Below, piece by piece: positions 22,534 through 33,692 of a stretch of DNA of 64,000 bases (the first letter of the stretch is position 1; the number at the start of each line of letters is the position of its first letter). The notes beneath the pieces are model-generated. The model was not told the origin of the DNA. It saw only the letters and a list, made by a program, of their open reading frames with translations, and ran no database searches. Made by a program: the position numbers and the translations under genes. The DNA comes from Gammaproteobacteria bacterium. GTDB taxonomy: Bacteria > Pseudomonadota > Gammaproteobacteria > Eutrophobiales > Eutrophobiaceae. The DNA lies in the NCBI GenBank assembly GCA_011772965.1, contig WVYN01000021.1:23243-87242 (forward strand), written 5' to 3'.

Positions 22534-23160
22534 ATGCAGCAAGAGAGAGTACGGGTCAAGATTTGCGGCATTACTCGCCTGGAGGACGCATTGGCTGCTG
22601 TCGATGCAGGCGCGGATGCACTGGGTTTCGTGTTTTATCCTGACAGCCCGCGCGCTATTTCAGCTAGTACAGCTGCCGATATTTGCAAGCGAGTGCCGCC
22701 TTTTGTGTGCAAGGTGGGACTTTTCGTCAATTCGGAGCGAGACAAGATCATCGAGATCCTAGAACAGGTTGCGCTTGATCTGTTGCAGTTCCATGGAGAT
22801 GAATCCCCGGACCACTGCGACGGCTATTCCAAACCCTACATCAAGGCAGTTAGAATGCACGATAACGTCAATCTGGTGGCTGAAGCCAAACGCTTTAAGC
22901 AGGCTTCTGCCTTGCTCCTCGATGCCTTCGTCAAGGGTATTTATGGTGGCACTGGCCGCGCCTTTGACTGGACTGAGGCTGCCCAGAATATTGGAAAACC
23001 TGTCATCCTTGCAGGCGGACTGACAGCAGATAACGTCGTCACAGCGATAAAACAGGTCAGGCCGTATGCAGTTGATGTGAGCGGTGGTGTAGAATCTGGC
23101 AGGGGCATTAAGGATGCAGGCAAAATTTTAGAATTTATTCGCGAGGTTAGAAATGCGTAA
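22534..23160 (+). CDS. trpF: Phosphoribosylanthranilate isomerase
   Basis: [32 protein letters not shown]. Confidence 0.96.
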   Translation: MQQERVRVKICGITRLEDALAAVDAGADALGFVFYPDSPRAISASTAADICKRVPPFVCKVGLFVNSERDKIIEILEQVALDLLQFHGDESPDHCDGYSKPYIKAVRMHDNVNLVAEAKRFKQASALLLDAFVKGIYGGTGRAFDWTEAAQNIGKPVILAGGLTADNVVTAIKQVRPYAVDVSGGVESGRGIKDAGKILEFIREVRNA

Positions 23161-24397
23161 TACCAGCAGTACAGCAAACACCAGTTCAGCAGATAACGAC
23201 AATCAGATCACCCTGCCGGATGCCAGGGGGCATTTTGGACCATACGGTGGCCGGTTTGTTGCGGAGACACTGATGGGCCCGCTTGAGGAACTCACCAAGG
23301 CCTATGAAAAATACCTCAAAGATCCAGAGTTTAATGCCGAGCTGGAATATGAACTCAAGCATTACGTAGGTCGCCCTTCACCTCTATACCACGCCAGGCG
23401 ATGGTCGGAAAAGCTGGGTGGTGCGCAAATTTACCTCAAGCGTGAAGATCTGAACCATACCGGTGCCCACAAAGTAAATAACACAGTGGGTCAGGCTTTG
23501 CTGGCGCAGCGCATGGGCAAGACCCGGATAATTGCCGAGACTGGTGCCGGCCAACATGGTGTAGCCAGTGCTACAGTTGCCGCGCGGCTGGGTCTTGAAT
23601 GCATTGTTTATATGGGATCTGAGGACATAAAGCGGCAGTCGACAAATGTATTCCGGATGAAATTACTGGGTGCCACGGTGGTGGCCGTAGAAGCAGGCTC
23701 AAAGACACTCAAGGATGCCCTGAATGAGGCAATGCGTGACTGGGTGACCAATGTTGATAATACCTTTTATATCATTGGTACCGTTGCAGGCCCCCATCCA
23801 TATCCAGCGATGGTACGTGATTTCCAAGCCGTGATCGGGCGAGAAGCCCGTGAACAGTGTCTGGAAATGACAGGAAAACTGCCTGACGCACTGGTGGCCT
23901 GTGTTGGTGGTGGTTCAAATGCCATTGGCCTGTTTTATCCCTTTATAAATGACAAATCAGTCCGGCTCTATGGTGTCGAAGCAGGTGGAGAGGGTCTCGA
24001 AACCGGTCACCATGCCGCGCCGCTCAACGCGGGCAGTCCCGGAGTACTGCACGGTAATCGTACCTATCTAATGGAAGACGAGGACGGACAAATAATTGAA
24101 ACACATTCGGTATCAGCCGGACTCGATTATCCGGGCGTCGGTCCGGAACATGCCTGGTTGAAAGACAGTGGCCGCGCGACCTATGTTGCGATCAATGATG
24201 ATGAGGCTATGGCAGCGTTTCATAACCTGACCCGGACTGAGGGTATTATGCCGGCACTGGAGTCCAGTCATGCGCTGGCCTATGTGGATAAGCTGGCACC
24301 GGATATGTCAAGGGATGAAATAATTGTAATTAATCTGTCAGGTCGAGGAGACAAGGATATACAGACAGTTGCCGCACTGAAGGGAATAACCCTCTGA
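23153..24397 (+). CDS. trpB: Tryptophan synthase beta chain
   Basis: [40 protein letters not shown]. Confidence 0.98.
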   Translation: MRNTSSTANTSSADNDNQITLPDARGHFGPYGGRFVAETLMGPLEELTKAYEKYLKDPEFNAELEYELKHYVGRPSPLYHARRWSEKLGGAQIYLKREDLNHTGAHKVNNTVGQALLAQRMGKTRIIAETGAGQHGVASATVAARLGLECIVYMGSEDIKRQSTNVFRMKLLGATVVAVEAGSKTLKDALNEAMRDWVTNVDNTFYIIGTVAGPHPYPAMVRDFQAVIGREAREQCLEMTGKLPDALVACVGGGSNAIGLFYPFINDKSVRLYGVEAGGEGLETGHHAAPLNAGSPGVLHGNRTYLMEDEDGQIIETHSVSAGLDYPGVGPEHAWLKDSGRATYVAINDDEAMAAFHNLTRTEGIMPALESSHALAYVDKLAPDMSRDEIIVINLSGRGDKDIQTVAALKGITL

Positions 24398-24400
24398 GCC

Positions 24401-24609
24401 ATGAATAACAGAGACAAGCTGATATCGATTATCTCTGATAACGGACTTGAGAGAAGAGACATTGCCGAATTAGTAAAGGTTAAATGGAGATAGTTGATCG
24501 CTGGCTGGCTTCGCATGAATCAAAACATCATGAAGAAGTTCCTGATATGGCCATTGAGCTACTGGAATTGAAAATGGCTTTAAGTAAAAAAAAAGCAAAA
24601 AGAAAATAG
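24401..24609 (+). pseudogene. Small XRE-like HTH protein split by a 1-nt frameshift
   Basis: ORF 24401-24493 (MNNRDKLISIISDNGLERRDIAELVKVKWR*) continues in the -1 frame 24484-24609 (MEIVDRWLASHESKHHEEVPDMAIELLELKMALSKKKAKRK*). Joined, they give an HTH-like pattern GLxxxDIAELVxV...VxRW. Confidence 0.55.
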
Positions 24610-24704
24610 ATACTGTTATCAATAGATTCTTTTCTTCATAACCCTTGCTTTAAACCTGAACCTGTCGATTTACTATATATTCAATATGGAATTTTTTGAC
24701 TATT

Positions 24705-25511
24705 ATGGGCCGTATCAAAGATTGTTTTGAAAACCTGAAAGCCGGAAATAAAAAGGCGCTTATTCCCTTTATTACAGCAGGTGATCCGTCGCCGGATATT
24801 ACCTTGCCTCTGTTAAATACTCTGGTTGAAAATGGTGCGGATATTATTGAACTGGGCGTACCATTTTCTGATCCCATGGCTGACGGACCGGTCATCCAAC
24901 GTTCAACCGAGCGAGCCCTGAAACACAAGATTGGACTGCATAACGTACTGGATATGGTCAGAGAATTCAGGAAAACTGACCAGAAAACCCCGCTAATTTT
25001 AATGGGCTATCTCAATCCGGTTGAAATTATGGGTTATGACAGTTTCGCAAAAGAAGCCAATGAAGCCGGCGTTGACGGGGTATTGCTGGTTGACATGCCT
25101 CCCGAGGAATCGGACGCACTACAGGCAGAACTGAAAAAGTATGGAATTGACCAGGTATTTCTGCTTTCACCAACGACCAGTGACAAGCGCCTGGATGTAG
25201 TTTGTGCAAAAGCCAGCGGCTTTCTTTATTATGTATCTTTAAAAGGCGTTACCGGCAGTAATCAACTGAATATCAGTGACGTCTCGGAAAAGATTGGACA
25301 TATAAGACAAAAGACTGAATTACCAATCGGGGTTGGATTTGGTATTAAAGATGCCGAGTCGGCAAAATCTGTATCCGCTTTCAGTGATGCAGTAATTGTA
25401 GGCAGTAGTCTTGTCAGCCTGATTGCGGATTTGACAGACAAGAAAGATGAAATGCTTATTGAAGCCGGAAAATTCATTGCTGGCCTGAGAACTGCACTAA
25501 ATGTTACCTGA
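24705..25511 (+). CDS. trpA: Tryptophan synthase alpha chain
   Basis: ELGVPFSDPMADGPVIQ, MGYLNP, GVTG, VGFGI. Confidence 0.97.
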   Translation: MGRIKDCFENLKAGNKKALIPFITAGDPSPDITLPLLNTLVENGADIIELGVPFSDPMADGPVIQRSTERALKHKIGLHNVLDMVREFRKTDQKTPLILMGYLNPVEIMGYDSFAKEANEAGVDGVLLVDMPPEESDALQAELKKYGIDQVFLLSPTTSDKRLDVVCAKASGFLYYVSLKGVTGSNQLNISDVSEKIGHIRQKTELPIGVGFGIKDAESAKSVSAFSDAVIVGSSLVSLIADLTDKKDEMLIEAGKFIAGLRTALNVT

Positions 25512-25545
25512 GGAAAAATTCTAATTAGAGATGTATTGATAAATA

Positions 25546-26406
25546 ATGAGCTGGTTTCGAAAATTAATCCCGTCAAGAATTCAGACAAATGGCACATCAA
25601 GACGATCGGTACCTGAAGGTGTCTGGACCAAGTGTGTAAAATGTAATGCTGTGCTATATCGCGCCGAACTGGAAAGAAACCTGGAAGTTTGTCCCAAGTG
25701 TAATCATCATATGCGTATATCTGCCAGAAACAGGCTGGAGCAATTCCTTGATGAAGAGCCACTGGTAGAGATTGGTACTGATATCCGGCCAGTAGATAGG
25801 CTTCGCTTCCGGGATTCAAAAAAATACAAGGATCGTCTGGCCCAGGCACAGAAGAAAACGGGTGAGGCTGATGCCTTAGTCGTATTTATGGGTCAGTTAA
25901 AAGGCATCCCTCTGGTTGCCTGTGCCTTTGAATTCGATTTCATGGGGGGGTCAATGGGCTCGGTTGTCGGTGAGAAATTTGCCAAAGCCGTGGATACCGC
26001 AGTGCAATACAATGTCTCTTTGGTCAGTTTCTCTGCAAGTGGCGGTGCGAGGATGCAGGAAGCTCTGATGTCACTGATGCAAATGGCAAAAACCAGTGCC
26101 GCCCTGGGTATCCTGGCCAGAAATAAATTACCCTATATATCAGTCATGACCGACCCGACAATGGGCGGTGTATCCGCCAGTCTGGCGACCCTGGGTGATA
26201 TAAATATTGCTGAACCCGGTGCCTTGATAGGGTTTGCCGGTCCCCGGGTGATTGAACAAACTGTGCGAGAAACCCTGCCTGCGGGCTTTCAGCGCAGTGA
26301 ATTTCTTCTCGAGCACGGCAATATAGACATGATTGTTGACCGCCGGGAATTGCGGGACCGGATCGCCGGGTTGCTGGCAAAATTGATTCACCACCAGGCT
26401 ACTTAA
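25546..26406 (+). CDS. accD: Acetyl-CoA carboxylase carboxyltransferase beta subunit
   Basis: Zn finger KCVKC...[25 protein letters not shown]. Confidence 0.98.
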   Translation: MSWFRKLIPSRIQTNGTSRRSVPEGVWTKCVKCNAVLYRAELERNLEVCPKCNHHMRISARNRLEQFLDEEPLVEIGTDIRPVDRLRFRDSKKYKDRLAQAQKKTGEADALVVFMGQLKGIPLVACAFEFDFMGGSMGSVVGEKFAKAVDTAVQYNVSLVSFSASGGARMQEALMSLMQMAKTSAALGILARNKLPYISVMTDPTMGGVSASLATLGDINIAEPGALIGFAGPRVIEQTVRETLPAGFQRSEFLLEHGNIDMIVDRRELRDRIAGLLAKLIHHQAT

Positions 26407-26480
26407 TCTTATAATCTATATCTCATCTGTTGTTATCCAGCTGATAAATTCATTCAATAACAAGGTATGCACCCCGGGAA

Positions 26481-27788
26481 ATGACACTGGTCAATACCAA
26501 AATCGAGGGCAGCAGGCGTTTCGACACACTGGATGAGTGGTTGAGATGGCAGGAGGGTCTGCACTTTACCTCTATCGAACTGGGTCTGGATCGATGCATG
26601 TCTGTAGCAGAAAAAATGAGTCTCCTGAATCCAGACTATACGGTCGTGAGCATAGCGGGAACCAATGGCAAGGGCTCCAGTGCCAACATGCTCTGTTCCA
26701 TACTTGCAAACGCGGGCTATAAAAATGGTTGTTATACCTCACCTCATCTTTTGCGGTATAACGAAAGGATCTGTATCAACGGCAGGCAGGTCAGCGATGA
26801 AGAACTTTGTGAATCATTTAAACGTATTGACCAGGCCCGCGGTGATATTTCACTGACATATTTTGAATTCGGCACACTCGCCGCATTTGATATCTTCCAA
26901 CGCGCTGGTATTGACATCGGGATACTCGAAGTGGGTCTGGGAGGAAGGCTGGATGCGGTCAATTGTCTTGATGCTGATGTTGCCCTGATTACTACCATTG
27001 ATATGGATCACGAAAACTGGCTGGGTGATACCAGAGAATTAATCGGCCGTGAGAAGGCAGGTATTATGAGAAAGGCAAAACCTGCAGTGTCAGCGGAGAG
27101 AAATCCACCTGATACTCTGATGAATTATGCAAACGAGATCGGCGCTGATTTTTACCAGGCTGGTCAGGCTTATCAATATGAAATGACAACCGGTGGTATG
27201 TGGAACTGGCAAGATAACAAGTTGTCCTATAAAAACATGCCACTCCCTTCTTTGCATAATAAACAACAGGTTTCAAATGCGGCAGGTGTCCTGAAGGTTC
27301 TGAGCCTGCTGGCAGATAAATTCCCGGTCACCCGCTCGGATATTATCCAAGGATTACAGGAGTTCTATCTTACGGGGCGATTCCAGATAATACCTGACAA
27401 GGCCCAGATGATCATTGATGTAGCTCATAATCGGCAAGCAGCAGAATTGCTGGTTAACAATCTCAAAAATCTTTCGGTCAAGGGCAAGACCCATATCATT
27501 GTAGGTATGTTAAAAGATAAGAATCGCAAGGCAATTTTTGAAATGCTTCAGCAGGTCGCTGATTGTTGGCATATAGTCAGTCTGGATGGGAGCAGGGGCG
27601 CAGACGCAGAGACACTCAACCAGGATCTGTTCGCGCTACAAATTACCGATAACATCAGTTTGTATGCTCATGTTTCCCTGGCTCTCGACCATGTTCGTGA
27701 TATTGTCGGCCCTGAAGACAGAATTCTTATCACTGGTTCTTTTCTGACGGTCGGTGCCGCAATCAAACATCTCAATCTGCACATATAG
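26481..27788 (+). CDS. folC: Folylpolyglutamate synthase/dihydrofolate synthase
   Basis: AGTNGKGS, YTSPHL, EVGLGGRLDAVN, DVAHN. Confidence 0.96.
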   Translation: MTLVNTKIEGSRRFDTLDEWLRWQEGLHFTSIELGLDRCMSVAEKMSLLNPDYTVVSIAGTNGKGSSANMLCSILANAGYKNGCYTSPHLLRYNERICINGRQVSDEELCESFKRIDQARGDISLTYFEFGTLAAFDIFQRAGIDIGILEVGLGGRLDAVNCLDADVALITTIDMDHENWLGDTRELIGREKAGIMRKAKPAVSAERNPPDTLMNYANEIGADFYQAGQAYQYEMTTGGMWNWQDNKLSYKNMPLPSLHNKQQVSNAAGVLKVLSLLADKFPVTRSDIIQGLQEFYLTGRFQIIPDKAQMIIDVAHNRQAAELLVNNLKNLSVKGKTHIIVGMLKDKNRKAIFEMLQQVADCWHIVSLDGSRGADAETLNQDLFALQITDNISLYAHVSLALDHVRDIVGPEDRILITGSFLTVGAAIKHLNLHI

Positions 27789-27797
27789 CATTCAATT

Positions 27798-28370
27798 ATG
27801 GAACAGGGCTTAAAAGAGCGACTGGTCGGTGCCGCAGTCCTCGTTATTCTTGCAGTGATATTTATTCCCATGCTGTTGAATAACCAGAAGGGCAGCACTG
27901 ATATCAGTGGCTCGAATATTCCGCCAATTCCGGTAGATATGCCTGTAATCACGGAGGATACCGGATTCACCGCACCATTGATTACCGACGATGCAGATTC
28001 TGATACAGATGCGGATGTTACAACTGGAAATTCGACTGATTCAGTCCAGAATAAGTCAAGTTCACAAATACAGACAAAACCAGGCCCCGAAACTGTAAAA
28101 GGCACTGAAAGTACCATTAGAGAAAAAGTCGGTGTGTCTGCCTGGGTGATACAGGTTGGTAGTTTTGCCAGCAAATCAAATGCCGATGATCTCAATTCGG
28201 ATTTGCGTAAGGCAGGTTTTCGTTCATTTATAGAGCCGCTGAAGAAGAGCGGCAAGACCAGTTACAGGGTACGCATTGGACCCGAACTTAAGCGATCCGA
28301 TGCCGAAGCAACCAGAGACAGAGTAAAAAAGGAATTTAAACTGGAGGGTATTTTACTCAGATACCCTTGA
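27798..28370 (+). CDS. dedD: SPOR-domain cell division protein DedD
   Basis: LKERLVGAAVLVILAVIFIP TM anchor, C-terminal SPOR (WVIQVGSF...YRVRIGP); folC-dedD-cvpA-purF synteny. Confidence 0.88.
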   Translation: MEQGLKERLVGAAVLVILAVIFIPMLLNNQKGSTDISGSNIPPIPVDMPVITEDTGFTAPLITDDADSDTDADVTTGNSTDSVQNKSSSQIQTKPGPETVKGTESTIREKVGVSAWVIQVGSFASKSNADDLNSDLRKAGFRSFIEPLKKSGKTSYRVRIGPELKRSDAEATRDRVKKEFKLEGILLRYP

Positions 28371-28393
28371 TGATGTGTAGTCGCTAAGCTGAT

Positions 28394-28942
28394 ATGCAAA
28401 CCGCAGATATATTTATCCTGCTGATTATTGCCTTGCCTGCTCTTGCAGGTTTAATATATGGCTTTCTGAATATTGTTTTTTCCATACTGGCATGGATACT
28501 GGCTCTGATAATCGCCACCAAATTTTCCTCAGCATTTGCCACCCTATTTTCAGGTTTTATAGATACTCCTATACTCAGAGCCGCTCTGGGTTTCATTTCG
28601 CTTTTTATATTGTGCCTGGTGCTTCTGACAGTTATCAGCTTTCTGATCGTAAAATTACTGGGCAGAACAGGGCTGACTGCTGCAGACAGGGTTCTGGGTC
28701 TGTTTTTTGGGATGGCTCTGGGAGGTGTTATAGTGTTGGTCGTGGTTTTTTTTGCCGGTTTCACCGCTATTCCGACAGCAGATTGGTGGAAAAACTCATT
28801 GGTAATTCAACCTTTTGAAAGGATCTCTGTATGGGCGGAACGCTTTTTACCTGATGACATGGCCAGATATCACAGTTATGAAGTTTCCATGACAGAATCA
28901 TCAGCGCTTATTAATCATATTGCCCCGCTGAAAATGACCTAG
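28394..28942 (+). CDS. cvpA: CvpA-family membrane protein
   Basis: Hydrophobic, GLTAADRVLGLFFG, WWKNS; directly upstream of purF. Confidence 0.9.
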   Translation: MQTADIFILLIIALPALAGLIYGFLNIVFSILAWILALIIATKFSSAFATLFSGFIDTPILRAALGFISLFILCLVLLTVISFLIVKLLGRTGLTAADRVLGLFFGMALGGVIVLVVVFFAGFTAIPTADWWKNSLVIQPFERISVWAERFLPDDMARYHSYEVSMTESSALINHIAPLKMT

Positions 28943-28951
28943 AATATTAAA

Positions 28952-30463
28952 ATGTGTGGAATAGTAGGTATTGTTGCAAAAAATTACGTTAACCAGGCTA
29001 TCTATGACGCCTTGACGGTCTTGCAACACCGGGGACAGGATGCCGCGGGTATGGTGACCTATGAAAATGGACGATTGTTTCTGCGCAAGGACAATGGCAT
29101 GGTCAGGGATGTCTTTCACACCCGGCATATGTTAAACCTCAGAGGTAATGTGGGTATTGGGCATGTGCGTTACCCTACTGCAGGCTGCTCCTCTTCAGCC
29201 GAAGCCCAGCCATTTTATGTCAATTCCCCTTATGGAATCACTCTTGCGCATAATGGTAATCTTACTAATGGTGAAGAACTTAAAAAAGAGCTCTTTGTTG
29301 AAGATTTAAGACATCTCAATACAGATTCAGACTCTGAGGTGCTGCTTAATGTTCTTGCAAGGGAATTGCAACGCTCCGGTAAGCTGCGCCTGGAAGTGGA
29401 CGATGTTTTTGATGCAGTGAGTCGACTGCATGAGCGATGCAGTGGCGGTTATGCAGCAGTTGCCATGATTACCGGCTTTGGAGTTCTGGGGTTTCGGGAT
29501 CCACATGGCATCCGGCCAGTATCGTTTGGTCAGCGTGATACAGATATGGGCAAGGAATACATCATAGCCTCTGAAAGTGTCGCAATAGATGCATTGAATT
29601 TTGAACTTGTCAGAGACATAAGGCCGGGTGAGGCGGTTTTTATTACCAATGACGGAGAAATATATACCAGGGAATGTGCTAAAGATGCCAGATACTCACC
29701 CTGTATTTTTGAATACGTCTATCTGGCCAGACCAGACTCGATTATTGATAATATTTCCGTTCACAAGGCCAGGTTGCGTATGGGTGAAGCGCTGGCCAGA
29801 AAGATTTTAGAGGCCAGGCCTGATCATGATATTGATGTCGTTATTCCGATCCCTGATACCGGACGGACTTCGGCCTTACCCCTGGCATATAATCTGGGTG
29901 TCAAATATCGTGAAGGATTTATCAAGAATCGTTATATACCACGTACTTTTATCATGCCGGGCCAGGCCATACGCAAAAAATCTGTCAGACAAAAACTGAA
30001 TGCCATTGATCTTGAATTTCGCGATAAGAATGTTTTACTGGTTGATGATTCAATAGTGCGGGGGACAACATCCGGAGAGATTATTCAAATGGCGCGTGAT
30101 GCCGGTGCAAAAAAGGTTTACTTTGCTTCTGCTGCACCGCCGGTGCGTTATCCAAATGTGTATGGCATTGATATGCCTTCCGCCAGTGAGTTGATCGCTA
30201 ATAACCGATCGGAAGACGAGATCGCCAAGATTATTGGTGCAGATTGGTTAATTTACCAGGACCTTGATGATTTGATTCAGGCGGTCAGCTTTGCAGAGGA
30301 CAGCATCAAGCAGTTCGATCTTTCCTGTTTTAATGGTGAATATGTAACCGGAGACGTTAATACTGACTATCTTGACAGACTTAATGATCTAAGAAATGAT
30401 GAAGCCAAGGCCATTCGACAGGCAAACGGGGAAAATCTGATTGACCTGTCGAATAATGCCTAG
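28952..30463 (+). CDS. purF: Amidophosphoribosyltransferase
   Basis: [26 protein letters not shown]. Confidence 0.98.
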   Translation: MCGIVGIVAKNYVNQAIYDALTVLQHRGQDAAGMVTYENGRLFLRKDNGMVRDVFHTRHMLNLRGNVGIGHVRYPTAGCSSSAEAQPFYVNSPYGITLAHNGNLTNGEELKKELFVEDLRHLNTDSDSEVLLNVLARELQRSGKLRLEVDDVFDAVSRLHERCSGGYAAVAMITGFGVLGFRDPHGIRPVSFGQRDTDMGKEYIIASESVAIDALNFELVRDIRPGEAVFITNDGEIYTRECAKDARYSPCIFEYVYLARPDSIIDNISVHKARLRMGEALARKILEARPDHDIDVVIPIPDTGRTSALPLAYNLGVKYREGFIKNRYIPRTFIMPGQAIRKKSVRQKLNAIDLEFRDKNVLLVDDSIVRGTTSGEIIQMARDAGAKKVYFASAAPPVRYPNVYGIDMPSASELIANNRSEDEIAKIIGADWLIYQDLDDLIQAVSFAEDSIKQFDLSCFNGEYVTGDVNTDYLDRLNDLRNDEAKAIRQANGENLIDLSNNA

Positions 30464-30466
30464 AAT

Positions 30467-30778
30467 CTAGTTTATTGTAATTCCTTTCTCCTCATAATCT
30501 TCCAGGGTACGAGATTGTAATACCATATTTAGCATTTCAATCGCTTCCTGTAATCCATTAGCAAATACCTTTGCGCTATCACTGTCTACATCCACATTGA
30601 AGAAATTCTCATAGGTTTTGGTCGGGAGGTCACCAAAACATTTTTTGTATAGGGCAATATTTATGGCGAGTAACCTGACAGATTGTGCCAGTTCGCTCTT
30701 GTCACTCATGGCCACCAGAGATTGAAGATCCTCTTCAGTGGATTTGATATCAACCAGTTCCAAGTGTAAATCTTTCAT
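30467..30778 (-). CDS. Hypothetical protein (~103 aa)
   Basis: ATG at 30778 preceded by AAGG; protein-like helical composition (MKDLHLELVDIK...EEKGITIN). The track's longer start reads through intergenic DNA. Confidence 0.6.
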   Translation of the reverse strand: MKDLHLELVDIKSTEEDLQSLVAMSDKSELAQSVRLLAINIALYKKCFGDLPTKTYENFFNVDVDSDSAKVFANGLQEAIEMLNMVLQSRTLEDYEEKGITIN

Positions 30779-30999
30779 CGTTATTACCTTGCCTTCATGT
30801 TTTGTGGAATATGCAGCAAGGTTCATGCCGATTTTTAGGAATAATAAAAACAAGAACTTGGAATTCGTACACCAAATGGATGAGACGTTTTTGTCACTTT
30901 CGGACGATGCGCGCACAGGAGAATTTCCGGGGGATAATAAGGCATACTTGAGCGTCCATAATAGAAAGATCAAATGGGTCACGTTTACAAGAGTTTTGT

Positions 31000-31015
31000 T
31001 GTGAATCTGTTCACA
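31000..31015. promoter_or_regulatory. CRP/Vfr/Clp-type binding site
   Basis: Perfect TGTGA-atctgt-TCACA in a divergent intergenic region. Confidence 0.65.
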
Positions 31016-31154
31016 GCCAATAGACCAGAGCATTGAAACAACTTCGCCGATACCTTAAACAGCCATTTGTAAGCTTATGTTTTTATTTGGTGTAATTCTG
31101 AATGGCGATTGCCATAAAACTTCCCGATTACACCTCACTCTGACAGGGTACGGT

Positions 31155-32294
31155 ATGTTCTCTGAGCATAAATATACACCGAATCAAGAGCTGCTAATCG
31201 AATGCCAGCGGCTGATTACGGAGGATCTCTCTGGCCCGCTTAATATGTTGTTTGATGAAGCGGAAGATATCCTTTTTGATCTGGCAGAAAAAGGGGATAC
31301 CAATGCCAAAAACTTCTACTTCAATGCCATGAATGAAATTCGTCAGAAGCGACAGGCAATACAGGCCGATTTCAGCAATGGTTTCATTGAACAGATCAAC
31401 GAGCAATTGACTAGTTCCAGGCAAGGGAAATTTGCCAGATTCTTCAGTAAAAGCAGGTCAAAACCCAGGGCAATATCAATTGAAGAATCCCTGGCACTGA
31501 ACTCAGCAGTTGGTAAATTAAACCAGAGTTGTGGACAGGCCCTGCTGTCACTTGATCAGAAGATGTCACGAATCCTTGGTAATATGGCTACTTCCAGACA
31601 ACTGGATAATCCTTTCCGACCTGAGGCAGTCTGTATCGCTTTTCAGCGTGCATGTGATGAAATTGAGTCAGGACTTGAAGTCAAATTGATGATACTCAAG
31701 TTGTTTGAGAAATATGGTCCTCCAGGTCTAAAACATGCATATACAAAACTAAAAAATTTATTATCAGAAAAAGAAGATATCACGATAGATAAACAGGACA
31801 GGAAGTCCTTTGACAAGACTTTAATGCTTGCTGCCAATAGCAAAATCAAGCTTGAAATCAAGAGACATCTATCAGTGACTTCACTTCCTCAATTCATACA
31901 GAGCTTCCTGTATGTTTACTGGTTCAAATTAATGCTGAAGATATATCTTAAGACCGGGACACGTTCCAATTCCTGGAAACAATCCATGCTGGTTATAGAT
32001 GATCTGATCAGATTATTTGATCAAAAAAGACTGAATCATGGAGAAAAACGCGATAAAGAAATTATTTATCTGATTGAGCGTTTAAAAAACGGGATGCAGA
32101 TTATTTCCGTACCGGCCAGAACAAGAGAAAAGTTTATCACTGAATTGCTGGAGTATAACATATTCCTTGCCAAGAAATCCGGCAAGCGTAGCCAAGTGCC
32201 CAGTAGCATCAAAAATACTCCAGTAAATTCGGTGCGAGATAGTAATCTTCCGTTCATGGATGAATTATTTGTGGATAACAAGACCTTAGATTGA
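31155..32294 (+). CDS. DUF1631-like protein (short form)
   Basis: LFDEAEDILFDLAEKG...YFNAMNEIR, DNPFRPEAVC, KLMILKLFEK and FLYVYWFKLMLKIYL resemble DUF1631 blocks as I recall them. Confidence 0.65.
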   Translation: MFSEHKYTPNQELLIECQRLITEDLSGPLNMLFDEAEDILFDLAEKGDTNAKNFYFNAMNEIRQKRQAIQADFSNGFIEQINEQLTSSRQGKFARFFSKSRSKPRAISIEESLALNSAVGKLNQSCGQALLSLDQKMSRILGNMATSRQLDNPFRPEAVCIAFQRACDEIESGLEVKLMILKLFEKYGPPGLKHAYTKLKNLLSEKEDITIDKQDRKSFDKTLMLAANSKIKLEIKRHLSVTSLPQFIQSFLYVYWFKLMLKIYLKTGTRSNSWKQSMLVIDDLIRLFDQKRLNHGEKRDKEIIYLIERLKNGMQIISVPARTREKFITELLEYNIFLAKKSGKRSQVPSSIKNTPVNSVRDSNLPFMDELFVDNKTLD

Positions 32295-32396
32295 ATATTT
32301 AATATTTATTTCAATGCAACTGGTCTATAATTTAATATAATGTTTATTATCTGATTGACTACCAACCTGTGATTGATAGCAAACAGGCGAAAGAAG

Positions 32397-33404
32397 ATGA
32401 TAGAAGAAACACAAGACAAGGATACTAAAAATAAACCCGGGCGTTCTCATGCCAAGGCAGGCAACCTTTTGTCAAAAAAACTGGGCGTCGTTTCCAAGCA
32501 ATTTGCCGATGTCATTAAAAACAAGGCCAATGAAATTGCATCTAATAAAAAGCTCAGGCAGGAGGTTGATCGTCAGATTGCCAATGCCGGAGTTCTCTCT
32601 GAAAAATTCATGGTTGCCTCAGTTAACGTTGCTAACAGCATCAAGGCAAAAGCTCATGACATTGCTGCCAGCAACATGGTGAGTCAGGAAATAAACAACC
32701 GGCTTAGCGAAGTAGATACTCCGGATTTTATCAAACAGTTTCTCCATACCGAATGGAGCAAGCTAATGTTGAAGATATACCAGAGACAGGGTACGGAAAC
32801 CAATGCCTGGCTACAGTCCGTGCGGGTGATTGATGATATGGTCAAATTGATCAATACCCGTTATTTCATTTCTGGGTCTGACAGGACCGCAAAGTTAGAG
32901 TACCTTCTGGAACGAGTTAAAAATGGTATGCAAATACTCCAGATGCCTATTGAGGCTCAGGAACAATTAATCAGGCAAATAATAAATTACGATAAATACC
33001 TTATAGGCAAGGCCAACCAGATTCAGGCCGCCAAAGCCGCTGCTAACAACAAGAACAGCAAAGGCGCTGTCCTGTTCAATGAACCATTCGGTAATGAATT
33101 GCTCGCCGATAATAAGCCGGCAAAAACCACCAAGCCAACAAAAGGCAGCAAGTCAACTGCTGCTGGCAAGCGGGCTGCAGCTAAAAAGACTGGGGACAGT
33201 CGTTCCAGCTCTATTAAATTCGGGACTTATATCCCTCCCTATGAAGAATCCAGTAATAATAACGATTCCGCGGACAGTGCGGTAAACGAGAAAAAGGACG
33301 GCACTGCCAACCAATCTGCCTCTGGCCGGAAAGCCAAATCTACTTCCAACAATAGCAGTTTGCCATTCTCAGACGAATTACTGGTGGATAAGAAGGATAA
33401 ATAA
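32397..33404 (+). CDS. Partial DUF1631-like paralog with low-complexity C-terminal tail
   Basis: PDFIKQFLHTEWSKLMLKIYQRQG...W...VIDD...LERVKNGMQI aligns to the preceding ORF; K/S/A/N-rich tail. Confidence 0.65.
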   Translation: MIEETQDKDTKNKPGRSHAKAGNLLSKKLGVVSKQFADVIKNKANEIASNKKLRQEVDRQIANAGVLSEKFMVASVNVANSIKAKAHDIAASNMVSQEINNRLSEVDTPDFIKQFLHTEWSKLMLKIYQRQGTETNAWLQSVRVIDDMVKLINTRYFISGSDRTAKLEYLLERVKNGMQILQMPIEAQEQLIRQIINYDKYLIGKANQIQAAKAAANNKNSKGAVLFNEPFGNELLADNKPAKTTKPTKGSKSTAAGKRAAAKKTGDSRSSSIKFGTYIPPYEESSNNNDSADSAVNEKKDGTANQSASGRKAKSTSNNSSLPFSDELLVDKKDK

Positions 33405-33692
33405 CCGCTTGCTCGGGAGGCGGGTCCCGGCGTTCCACTCCATTATTTATCTGATTTCCCTGGGGTGATCTCTCAGTATCGCTTGTCTCAAACTGAAGAC
33501 AGGTTTCACTGCTATATTCCCTCATTTTCCACACTTGTTTACATAAAACATAATATTTTCAAGTAGATAAAGTGTTCATGTGAACTGGTTTAATTTTTGC
33601 ATGATACCTTCTTACGCCACATTGCTCGTGGTCTCAGGCCTGGTGAGAAGATAATTGAAGAAACAGGGAGATATTACCCTGACGAGGTGTGT

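Noticed and set aside
15453-33692. Extended N-termini in the track for leuB (15453), the 30467..31033 ORF, 31077, 32373 and 33597
   Set aside because: Extensions lack RBS or family similarity and run through intergenic or regulatory DNA; downstream starts were used.
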